24,545 nucleotides of DNA from a virus (lineage: Duplodnaviria; Caudoviricetes): positions 1 to 24,545 of IMG/VR virus record IMGVR_UViG_3300031519_004833. One strand, given 5' to 3'. This document shows, piece by piece, positions 16,947 through 24,494 of this stretch. Position 1 is the stretch's first letter, and every line of letters starts with the position of its first letter. The position numbers were made by a program, and so were the translations under genes. A model generated the notes under the pieces. It made no database searches. It was not told where the DNA came from and was given only the letters and a program-made list of their open reading frames with translations.

Positions 16947-17656
16947 TGAAGTACGAAAGTGAAAAGGTAACAGCAGTTAAATCTGCTATTGAAAAAGCAA
17001 GGCAAGGATTTAAGCCATTAAAGAAATCTGGAGTAAATGCTTATTTTAAAAGTAAGAGTGGAGAGCCACATTTATTTAGCACATTAGATGATATATTTGA
17101 TGCTTGCTTGGATTCTCTTAATGAAAATAAACTTAGTATTACATATCAAGTAAGATTATTGGAAACTCAAAATGGTTTTGAAAACATATTGACTACTAAT
17201 ATTTCACATACAGAAAGTGGTGAATATATATTATCTGCTAGTTTATTGGGTAATCAGACTGCCAAAAGCCAAGACTTAGGTTCTGCCATTACTTATATGA
17301 GAAGATACCAAATCCAAGCCATGCTTAACTTAGAAGCAGATTTTGAAGATGATGGTAATAACGCTAGTGGTAGAGTAAGTGGAACTATTGAGAATAAAAA
17401 GCCATCAAGAACTTATACAACATTTGATAGAGATGGAAAATCAAATGGAACTTACACTAATTTTGTAAGTTATGTAAAAGCACTTAATATTGATGCAATG
17501 AAAATGCACCCAGAATGGGTAACTCAAACTGAAAGACAGTTGCATGATATTGATATTTGGGCAAAAGCACTTGGAGATGAAGATGTTAAAGCAAAAGATG
17601 CTTTGATTAAAAAATGTTCTGAATTATCACAAAAAATAGGAGTTAAAGATGAATAA
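16946..17656 (+). CDS. ERF-family single-strand annealing protein
   Basis: QDLGSAITYMRRY...EDDGN signature; TAATG coupling. Confidence 0.9.
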   Translation: MKYESEKVTAVKSAIEKARQGFKPLKKSGVNAYFKSKSGEPHLFSTLDDIFDACLDSLNENKLSITYQVRLLETQNGFENILTTNISHTESGEYILSASLLGNQTAKSQDLGSAITYMRRYQIQAMLNLEADFEDDGNNASGRVSGTIENKKPSRTYTTFDRDGKSNGTYTNFVSYVKALNIDAMKMHPEWVTQTERQLHDIDIWAKALGDEDVKAKDALIKKCSELSQKIGVKDE

Positions 17657-18065
17657 TAAAGATAATACAAATAGTGGTATTTTATTTCAAAATACTGATG
17701 ATTGGAAAATTGTTCAACAGGGCAAGATTAATCTAAAAGGTGAGGATCATAGGATTATTGGAGTCACTCGTAAAAATAAAGATGGGCAACCTATAGTTGA
17801 ATTGTATCGTGCCATAGGAACATTAAAGGCAAATGATGATAAGCAGGGTGATAAGTCACCTGATGCCAAAGGAGTTATAAATGTTATATCTGATGCAGGT
17901 GCTATGACTATATCTGCTTGGAGAGAAAAGTCTGATAATGGAAATTCTTATACGAGCCTAAAGGCAAGGGAGTTTACAAATGATCAAAGTTCTACTCCAC
18001 CAAAACCACCAATAAATCCTGTTATTGAATCTGAAAATGATTTAGATGATGAAATACCATTTTAA
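17649..18065 (+). CDS. Putative single-stranded DNA-binding protein
   Basis: Acidic tail DLDDEIPF after a Pro-rich linker; KSPDxxG and ISAW motifs; position after ERF. Confidence 0.7.
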   Translation: MNNKDNTNSGILFQNTDDWKIVQQGKINLKGEDHRIIGVTRKNKDGQPIVELYRAIGTLKANDDKQGDKSPDAKGVINVISDAGAMTISAWREKSDNGNSYTSLKAREFTNDQSSTPPKPPINPVIESENDLDDEIPF

Positions 18066-18074
18066 GGAAGTTAA

Positions 18075-18404
18075 ATGTTAATACCAAAAGCAAAGAAACA
18101 TAAAAACAAGAAGCATTTAATTTATGTTTCAGAACAGCAATGTTGTCTTAGTGTTATTAGTGAAGATTGGTGTAGTGGTAATATACAGGCTCATCACTTG
18201 TTAAAACCTTTTGAGGGTAAACGAGGTATGGGAATGAAAGCATCAGATAAAAATGCTATCCCTTTATGTTACCACCATCACGCTAAATTACACGATCAAA
18301 ACGGAGATGAGGATAGCTTTTGGAATGGCTATGGTTTATCTGAAGATTTTGGAAGATTAAAGGCACAGGAATATTGGTCTAAATCGCCACACAATAAGGA
18401 GTAG
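18075..18404 (+). CDS. DUF968-like HNH-type Zn-binding protein
   Basis: QAHHL...RGMGMKASDKNAIPLCYHHHAKLH. Confidence 0.8.
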   Translation: MLIPKAKKHKNKKHLIYVSEQQCCLSVISEDWCSGNIQAHHLLKPFEGKRGMGMKASDKNAIPLCYHHHAKLHDQNGDEDSFWNGYGLSEDFGRLKAQEYWSKSPHNKE

Positions 18405-18407
18405 GCA

Positions 18408-18731
18408 ATGATTAGTGATAACGAAGTACAAAAGGCACTAGATTTTTTAAGAGACACAGCAGAGGATTCTGCAAAGTTTAAAGCAGAAAGAATTTATCTT
18501 GAAGAATATAGAAAAAGTTTAAAAGCATTAATAATGAAACAATTTACAGATTTACCTGTATCTGCACAAGAAAGAGAAGCATATGCTAGTCCAAGATACC
18601 AAGAGCATATTAAGGCTCTGCAAACTGCTGTATATGCTGATGAAAAACAAAGGTTTCTAAGAGTAGCTTGTGAAGCCAAGATTGAAGCATGGCGATCATT
18701 TTCAGCAAATTATAGAGCAATGAAAATTTAA
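18408..18731 (+). CDS. Conserved alpha-helical phage protein (possibly a recombination accessory factor)
   Basis: YLEEYRKSLKA, AQEREAYA and IEAWRS pattern; last gene of the recombination operon. Confidence 0.7.
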   Translation: MISDNEVQKALDFLRDTAEDSAKFKAERIYLEEYRKSLKALIMKQFTDLPVSAQEREAYASPRYQEHIKALQTAVYADEKQRFLRVACEAKIEAWRSFSANYRAMKI

Positions 18732-18760
18732 TTTAAAATAATTTAAAAAAACTCTTTTTT

Positions 18761-18825
18761 GGGGTTGACTTGTAAGCATAGCTATGCGATTATAATTATG
18801 TAAGTACAAAACAACAGCACAGGAG
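18761..18825 (+). promoter_or_regulatory. Repeated promoter/RBS element, partial copy lacking CCACA
   Basis: GGGGTTGACT-N17-GATTAT; leader TGTAAGTACAAAACAACAGCACAGGAG nearly identical to copy 1. Confidence 0.8.
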
Positions 18826-18832
18826 AAGAAAA

Positions 18833-19195
18833 ATGAATAATTTAAAACCAAAATTTGTATATGTAAATTGGAGTGAAAGTTCAGCATTTGAGGATAGTTC
18901 AATGTATACTTTTGAGCAGTTTGAGAGAATGGCTGAAACAGTTGCACAAAACCACGATAATGGTGGTGGGTATCTAAAAACTAACATAACAGTTATTTTT
19001 AAATGTGGACATACATACCAAGCAAGAGTTGATTTAAATACTGACTGTTTAAATTTTGAACAGCACATAAGCCAATGTAAATTGACTTATAAAAGATGTG
19101 TTGATGGAAATTTTGAGAGAACCGACCTTTGGGTGCAAAGTGTTGTAGATTTAAACGAAACTTGGAAAAGAATAGAATTTAAGGAGGTAGCGTAA
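18833..19195 (+). CDS. Hypothetical protein, LPD25-like (polyvalent-protein-associated domain)
   Basis: VxWSES...GGYLKT...TYQARVDL...QHI pattern recalled for LPD25; not verified by HMM. Confidence 0.6.
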   Translation: MNNLKPKFVYVNWSESSAFEDSSMYTFEQFERMAETVAQNHDNGGGYLKTNITVIFKCGHTYQARVDLNTDCLNFEQHISQCKLTYKRCVDGNFERTDLWVQSVVDLNETWKRIEFKEVA

Positions 19196-19404
19196 TGTAT
19201 GAAGTTTATAAAATAAATCAAGATGATACTTTAAGCCACAAGGAACATCTTAATAATTTTGAAGAAGTTAATCATTGGTTAGTTAACGATGCTTATTATA
19301 AATATAGCTATGTTAAGATTATAAATGTTCAAACAGGCAATTTTAGAGATTATAAAATTACTGATGACGAGTGGATTGTTATTAAAAGAGGGAGTGCAAA
19401 ATAA
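19195..19404 (+). CDS. Hypothetical protein (69 aa), paralog of 1642..1845
   Basis: AGGAGG RBS; TAATG coupling; MYEVYKINQDDTLSHKEHLN. Confidence 0.85.
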   Translation: MYEVYKINQDDTLSHKEHLNNFEEVNHWLVNDAYYKYSYVKIINVQTGNFRDYKITDDEWIVIKRGSAK

Positions 19405-19616
19405 TGAATGAACTAGAATTTATAGCTAAATTAGAGAATATATTATCTAAGGATCAAGAGATATTAGATAATAAAATTCCTGTAGATAGAGCAACTTATT
19501 TATTAAATGAAATAAGAGATTTAAAAAACAAAGTTGAAACACAATTTAATAAAGCTGAAAGGCAAAGTGAATTAGAGAATATTGAAGATAACTTAAACAA
19601 CTATAGGGGGAATTAA
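19404..19616 (+). CDS. Hypothetical coiled-coil protein (70 aa)
   Basis: TAATG coupling; GGGAG RBS. Confidence 0.75.
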   Translation: MNELEFIAKLENILSKDQEILDNKIPVDRATYLLNEIRDLKNKVETQFNKAERQSELENIEDNLNNYRGN

Positions 19617-19618
19617 TT

Positions 19619-19834
19619 ATGAAACTATCGCAAAAATTACAAGTGTTAGCACACTTAAAAAAGAATAAAACTATTACATCGTGGGAAGCAATCCAGATGT
19701 TTAGATGCACTAGATTAGCAGATAGAATATTTATTTTAAAAGAAGAAGGTCATAATATTATAACAAGAATGGTAACTGAGAATGGCTCAACTTTTGCTGA
19801 ATATACTTTAATAAAGGAGAGCGTTGATGCCTAG
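19619..19834 (+). CDS. Small winged-HTH protein (HTH_39-like)
   Basis: SQKLQVLAHL...ITSWEAIQMFRCTRLADRIFILKEEGHNIIT. Confidence 0.8.
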   Translation: MKLSQKLQVLAHLKKNKTITSWEAIQMFRCTRLADRIFILKEEGHNIITRMVTENGSTFAEYTLIKESVDA

Positions 19835-19967
19835 TTATATCAAAGGTTATTTAAAATTTATGGGGGTTATAGCGACAGCTATAGCCACTCTATATGCCAT
19901 GTATTATTCTTTTTGGTTTATATGCCTAATTGATAATTCTTGTTATGCCGATAATTTTGGAGTTTAA
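19827..19967 (+). CDS. Small single-pass membrane protein (46 aa)
   Basis: Not in the ORF track. AAGGAG RBS; MPSYIKGYLKFMGVIATAIATLYAMYYSFWFICLIDNSCYADNFGV; fills the gap. Confidence 0.7.
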   Translation: MPSYIKGYLKFMGVIATAIATLYAMYYSFWFICLIDNSCYADNFGV

Positions 19968-19968
19968 A

Positions 19969-20274
19969 ATGAAGAATGAATTTTTATATCAAATAAATAA
20001 TATTAGTCATGTTTTATATCATAAATCTCAACCTGCAAACCAAGATAATGATATATATAAAAATGTTAGTCATTATTCCAGACATATAAAATCTTTAACA
20101 AAAGAACTTGATAGAACAATGTTCACAAAATCTGAATTAGATATGGTTTCAAAGATATCTGAAATGTATTTAACTTGGGATACAAAAGAAGAAAAACATT
20201 TAAAATCTATAAAAAGCAAATTAAAAAGATTATCAAAAATGGCAAGAGAATCTAGATATGAAAGGATTAAATAA
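19969..20274 (+). CDS. Hypothetical protein (101 aa)
   Basis: GGAG RBS before ATG 19969. Confidence 0.75.
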   Translation: MKNEFLYQINNISHVLYHKSQPANQDNDIYKNVSHYSRHIKSLTKELDRTMFTKSELDMVSKISEMYLTWDTKEEKHLKSIKSKLKRLSKMARESRYERIK

Positions 20275-20468
20275 TGGAAAATCCATTAGAGAAAAAAAGA
20301 GCAACATATTTAAGTTTTTATAAAGATGGTATTTATGATGGTCTTTTAAATCAAAAAATAAATCCTACAAAAAATTCGTCTGCATATTATAAAAGAGGAT
20401 TTCACGATGGACTAGAGTTAAAGGGTTTTGTAATAGAATATAAACTTGGAGTAAAAAATGAAAGATAA
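20274..20468 (+). CDS. Hypothetical protein (64 aa) with duplicated YKxGxxDGL motif
   Basis: TAATG coupling; FYKDGIYDGL and YYKRGFHDGL. Confidence 0.75.
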   Translation: MENPLEKKRATYLSFYKDGIYDGLLNQKINPTKNSSAYYKRGFHDGLELKGFVIEYKLGVKNER

Positions 20469-20670
20469 CGTAAACAATCCTGCACATTATAAAAAATCAG
20501 GTATTGAATGTATTGATGCCATTACTTCAGCTTTATCGTCAGATGAGTTTAAAGGATATTGTAAAGGAAACATTCTTAAATATGTTTGGCGAGAAAATCA
20601 TAAAGCTAAAAAAGAGGATTTAAAAAAAGCACAATGGTATTTAAATAAATTAATTGAAGTCTATAAATAG
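20458..20670 (+). CDS. DUF3310 protein (T7 gp1.7-related nucleotide-kinase-like family)
   Basis: DNVNNPAHY...IECIDAI...GYCKGNILKYVWR...EDLKKAQWYL. Confidence 0.9.
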   Translation: MKDNVNNPAHYKKSGIECIDAITSALSSDEFKGYCKGNILKYVWRENHKAKKEDLKKAQWYLNKLIEVYK

Positions 20671-20678
20671 GTAAAATT

Positions 20679-20873
20679 ATGAAAGAGATATTACTTAAAG
20701 AAGCATCAGATGAGGTTGTTTATCTTAGAAAGATATTACAAAAATATAGAGTTGATACAGATAATTGCGAATTATCTCATAAAGAAAATCTAAGAGAGAT
20801 TGATAATTTTATAAGATACACTCAAATAATATATGCAAAGTTAAATTATTTTGATGGATTGGAAGAAAAATGA
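20679..20873 (+). CDS. Hypothetical protein (64 aa)
   Basis: Operon packing; ATGA overlap with the next gene. Confidence 0.7.
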   Translation: MKEILLKEASDEVVYLRKILQKYRVDTDNCELSHKENLREIDNFIRYTQIIYAKLNYFDGLEEK

Positions 20874-21100
20874 ATCTAATTAAACATGAATACAAAGGAT
20901 ATATATATGATCCTGATTTTACGATTATGTCTGATGGTGTAGAGATTAATCATTATATCTTTAGAAAGTCTGATTTATCAAAGCCATGTTATTTTTACTA
21001 TGGAGTTAAAAAAGATTACATGAGCAAAAAGCAATTCATAGATTATATAATTCTTATGGAGAAATTAACAGATAATAAGCTAACCACATTTAGGGGTTGA
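20870..21100 (+). CDS. Hypothetical protein (76 aa)
   Basis: ATGA coupling; stop codon lies inside the repeated 19-mer. Confidence 0.7.
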   Translation: MNLIKHEYKGYIYDPDFTIMSDGVEINHYIFRKSDLSKPCYFYYGVKKDYMSKKQFIDYIILMEKLTDNKLTTFRG

Positions 21101-21152
21101 CTTACCCTTTTTTTGTGTTTATAAATATATGTAAATACAAATAGCACAGGAG
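21083..21152 (+). promoter_or_regulatory. Repeated promoter/RBS element, copy 4
   Basis: 19-mer at 21083-21101; TTGACT-N17-TATAAA; GCACAGGAG at 21144-21152. Confidence 0.87.
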
Positions 21153-21158
21153 TTAAAA

Positions 21159-21536
21159 ATGAGAGTTTTAGTAGTAAACACAATTTATTTTGAAAACTAT
21201 AAAAGCCATAACCAAGATTGGGATGGCAAAACTGCTTGGTGGAAACGTAAAGGTGGTTCAAGCAAAGCTGTAGCAATTATATTAGGTTGCTATGGAAAAA
21301 GCCTAGATATAATGCCTAGTGGATTTGAACCTATTGAAGATTGTGAAGTAAGAAATTCACTTAGTCAATTAACTATGGTTGATAGTACAGAACTTTTAAC
21401 TGTAGGAGAAGCAAAAGAAAGATTACGAAAATTAGAGGGTGATGAAATGAATGACTCTGATTTATATTTTTCAAGAATATCTTTGCCTTACTCATATGAT
21501 GAAGTTGAAGATTTGCCAAGTTACAGATTAACATAG
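21159..21536 (+). CDS. Hypothetical protein (125 aa)
   Basis: Strong RBS; first gene after promoter copy 4. Confidence 0.8.
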   Translation: MRVLVVNTIYFENYKSHNQDWDGKTAWWKRKGGSSKAVAIILGCYGKSLDIMPSGFEPIEDCEVRNSLSQLTMVDSTELLTVGEAKERLRKLEGDEMNDSDLYFSRISLPYSYDEVEDLPSYRLT

Positions 21537-21545
21537 GAGAATATT

Positions 21546-21830
21546 ATGAAAAAATTAATAATAACAATATCCTTATTAAGTTTGTTTACAGGTTGTTCAA
21601 GCACCCCAGAATGGAAGCCTTTAACTGATCCTAGAGCAAGCAAAGAACCAAGAGAGATTATTAGAGATACTTTAGAATGTGAAAGGTTAACTAAAAATTT
21701 AAAATACAAACCATCTAAATTTTTAGGAGTTCCATATTTTTGGGGAAGTTCAGCAGAACACGAAAGAAAATTAAATACTAACCCTTTGTCTAAATGCCTA
21801 AGTGGTAGAGGACATTCAATCTTAAACTAA
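21546..21830 (+). CDS. Putative lipoprotein
   Basis: MKKLIITISLLSLFTG-C signal peptide and lipobox; two further Cys. Confidence 0.8.
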   Translation: MKKLIITISLLSLFTGCSSTPEWKPLTDPRASKEPREIIRDTLECERLTKNLKYKPSKFLGVPYFWGSSAEHERKLNTNPLSKCLSGRGHSILN

Positions 21831-21840
21831 GGAGAAAAAA

Positions 21841-22746
21841 ATGTTGAATAATGCAATGCAAGAAGAATTAAGAAAAGTAAGTTTTCCAATAGCGATTAAT
21901 AATATAAGTGGAATACCTGAAGATATGGGCAGGGTAGTAGTTAGAACTGATCATGCACCTGCAACACCACTTGGAATAGTTGGAAGTAGGTATAAACCTA
22001 TCCCACATATAGATGCCTTTGGTGGTGCTTTAAAAGCTATGGAAAGTGGTGGAATAAATTTTACTAATGCCAAGCTAGATATTGAATCCTATGAAGATGG
22101 TGCGATGGCTAAGATGGAACTATTATTACCAAGTCATACAGCTAAGATTGGGAATCATGATTTGAGTTTAAAATTTGTAGCTAGAAATAGTTACAATGCA
22201 AGATGGAAATTTCAATCTTTTTTTGGTTGGATGAATCATGTTTGTTTTAATACTTTAGTAAGTGGAGAAAAATTAGCCTATACAGCAAGTAGACACACAA
22301 AGTTTTTTAATGTGGAACAAGCTAATCTTAAAATAAAAAATGCAGTTAGTGCAGTTACAAGTGAAACAAAAAGATTTCAACATTGGTGGGATACTAGAGT
22401 AGAAGATGAATCTGTAGCTGAAATGTTTAAAGCGACTATAGCTAAGAGCCAAGCAACTGAAGCCCAATTAAATGGAGGATCACCAGATACCAATAGAAAA
22501 CAATTACATATCTTAATGGGATTATATGAATCTGAAACTAAGCAGATACATGGGAAAGGTGACTATGGCAGGAATGGAGTTAAGGGTTCTTTATGGTGTG
22601 CTTACCAATCTGCTACTGCTTGGAGTACACATTTAACTGATATAGCTGATACAACTAAGAAACAACATATTGTTCAACAACGTAGACAAGCAGATGTTAG
22701 AAATATGATTCTTAGCAAAAGTTGGAAAAACTTAGAATTAGCATAG
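21841..22746 (+). CDS. DUF932-family protein
   Basis: LGIVGSRYKPIPH, NSYN, VCFNTL and SLWCAYQSATAWSTH motifs. Confidence 0.8.
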   Translation: MLNNAMQEELRKVSFPIAINNISGIPEDMGRVVVRTDHAPATPLGIVGSRYKPIPHIDAFGGALKAMESGGINFTNAKLDIESYEDGAMAKMELLLPSHTAKIGNHDLSLKFVARNSYNARWKFQSFFGWMNHVCFNTLVSGEKLAYTASRHTKFFNVEQANLKIKNAVSAVTSETKRFQHWWDTRVEDESVAEMFKATIAKSQATEAQLNGGSPDTNRKQLHILMGLYESETKQIHGKGDYGRNGVKGSLWCAYQSATAWSTHLTDIADTTKKQHIVQQRRQADVRNMILSKSWKNLELA

Positions 22747-22760
22747 GAAAGATTTTTTAA

Positions 22761-23408
22761 ATGAAAGTTATGCCAATCAAATACCACGAAACTGAAGAAT
22801 GGTTGATGAATATACATTATTCAAAACGATTGCCATCAATAACATATTCATTTGGTTTATTTGAGGATAATATTTTGATTGGCATAATTACTTATGGAAT
22901 GCCTGTATCTCATACATTATGTGAGGGTATCTGTGGAAAAGAATATAAAGACAAAGTTTTAGAACTAAATAGATTATGTCTTTTACATAACAGAAAAAAT
23001 GAAGCATCTTTTTTAGTTGGAAATTCATTAAAGTTATTACCAAAACCATTAATAATTGTTTCTTTTGCTGATACTGCAATGAACCATCATGGATATATAT
23101 ATCAAGCTACAAATTTTATTTATACAGGATTAACAGACAAACATTCTGAATGGAGATTAAAAGGAAGCAATCTTCATCAGAAAAATATTACTATTGATTA
23201 TTCCTTAGAAGAAAGAAAAGCAAATCCAGATAAGTTTGAAATAGTTCAGAGAACAAGAAAGCATAGATACGTCTATTTTCTTGCAGATAAAAAAACCAAA
23301 AAAGAATTTCATAAAAAATTAAATTACAAAATATCTAAATATCCAAAAGGTCAAAATAAAAATTATGAGGTCGGATATATCCCAAAAGTTCAAGGTGTTT
23401 TATTTTAA
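22761..23408 (+). CDS. Mom-like (GNAT-fold) DNA adenine-modification protein
   Basis: HYSKRLP, GIITYG, LELNRL, IVSFAD and HHGYIYQATNFIYTG motifs typical of Mu Mom relatives. Confidence 0.8.
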   Translation: MKVMPIKYHETEEWLMNIHYSKRLPSITYSFGLFEDNILIGIITYGMPVSHTLCEGICGKEYKDKVLELNRLCLLHNRKNEASFLVGNSLKLLPKPLIIVSFADTAMNHHGYIYQATNFIYTGLTDKHSEWRLKGSNLHQKNITIDYSLEERKANPDKFEIVQRTRKHRYVYFLADKKTKKEFHKKLNYKISKYPKGQNKNYEVGYIPKVQGVLF

Positions 23409-23409
23409 G

Positions 23410-23481
23410 ACCACATTTAGGGGTTGACATTATTGCAAAGCCATGCGATAACTTAATTGTAAACGTAACCAAGCATAGGAG
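23410..23481 (+). promoter_or_regulatory. Repeated promoter/RBS element, copy 5
   Basis: 19-mer at 23410-23428; TTGACA-N17-GATAAC; GCATAGGAG at 23473-23481. Confidence 0.85.
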
Positions 23482-23487
23482 ATTAAA

Positions 23488-23757
23488 ATGCTTAACCAAC
23501 TAAACCAAGACCCAATAACCAACCAAGATAAATACTCTGACCAAGTAGAAGAATTGGTGCAAGAGATTAATAGCGAGGTTTCATCTTTAATTAGAAAGAT
23601 GGTATTAAAGGCTCATACTAAAAATTCAGATGGGTTAAAGTTTAAACCAGATGGCAACGATTTAGATTATGCCATACATCAAAGAGTTTTGCAGTATGGT
23701 TTACAAAGTACAGTTGAACAAGTTCTTGAAGATGTAGATGACCAAAAATCATACTAA
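23488..23757 (+). CDS. Hypothetical acidic protein (89 aa)
   Basis: AGGAG RBS; first gene after promoter copy 5. Confidence 0.8.
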   Translation: MLNQLNQDPITNQDKYSDQVEELVQEINSEVSSLIRKMVLKAHTKNSDGLKFKPDGNDLDYAIHQRVLQYGLQSTVEQVLEDVDDQKSY

Positions 23758-23762
23758 TAAAA

Positions 23763-23791
23763 TGGGGGATTAAGTTCCCCCAAAACTTTTT
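23763..23791 (+). terminator. Hairpin, possible terminator or attenuator
   Basis: TGGGGGA-TTAAGT-TCCCCCA followed by AAACTTTTT; U tract is displaced from the stem. Confidence 0.5.
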
Positions 23792-23806
23792 GCACAGGAG
23801 TTAAAA

Positions 23807-24004
23807 ATGAACGATTTATTAAACGATATAGAGAATTTAAAAAAAGTTACAAAGACACTTTCATTAGTAGTTGGACATGGTCAAGTAATTGAATTTGCTT
23901 TGCCTGTATTAATAAAAATGATTGAAGAAAAACAAAAGATAGTTGATAATTTTGAAATGGAATGTTCGGAGTGTGGTCATAAAGAAATGGGGGTTTTAAT
24001 ATGA
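23807..24004 (+). CDS. Hypothetical protein (65 aa) with C-terminal CxxC
   Basis: GCACAGGAG at 23792-23800; ATGA overlap with the next gene. Confidence 0.75.
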   Translation: MNDLLNDIENLKKVTKTLSLVVGHGQVIEFALPVLIKMIEEKQKIVDNFEMECSECGHKEMGVLI

Positions 24005-24483
24005 GGTATCTTTTTATAATATTAATTATGCTTTTATCTAGTTTTAAGAGCCATGCAGACGAGGTAAACTGTCTAGCCTTAAATATATACCACGAAGCTA
24101 GGAATCAGCCCTTCTTGGGCAAATTAGCAGTTGGATATGTAACTTTAAATAGAGTCGAAAGCAAAAGGTTTCCTAATACTATTTGCGAAGTAGTAAAACA
24201 AGGTTCGACAAGCAAATGGTTTAAGATAAAGTTTGGCAAAGATGTACCATTAAAAAACAAATGCCATTTCAGTTGGTGGTGTGATGGTAAATCAGATGAG
24301 CCTTTAGAACAAGAAGTTTGGGAATTAACAAAAGCATTAGCCTTTCAAATGTATTATAGAAATTACTTTAGTTTTGATATTACAGATGGAGCAACTCATT
24401 ATCATGCAGATTATGTAAATCCGTATTGGGCAAAGAAAAAAACTAAGATAATGAAAATTAAAAATCATATATTTTATAAATAG
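24001..24483 (+). CDS. Cell wall hydrolase, SleB/Hydrolase_2 family, with N-terminal signal peptide
   Basis: CLALNIYHEAR, VTLNRV, FPNTICEVVKQ, FSWWCDG and GATHYHADYVNPYWA motifs. Confidence 0.93.
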   Translation: MRYLFIILIMLLSSFKSHADEVNCLALNIYHEARNQPFLGKLAVGYVTLNRVESKRFPNTICEVVKQGSTSKWFKIKFGKDVPLKNKCHFSWWCDGKSDEPLEQEVWELTKALAFQMYYRNYFSFDITDGATHYHADYVNPYWAKKKTKIMKIKNHIFYK

Positions 24484-24494
24484 GAGAATAAATA

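Noticed and set aside
1564-23428. 19-bp repeats as a CRISPR array
   Set aside because: Copies are 0.3-10 kb apart and separated by genes, not by uniform spacers; no cas operon.
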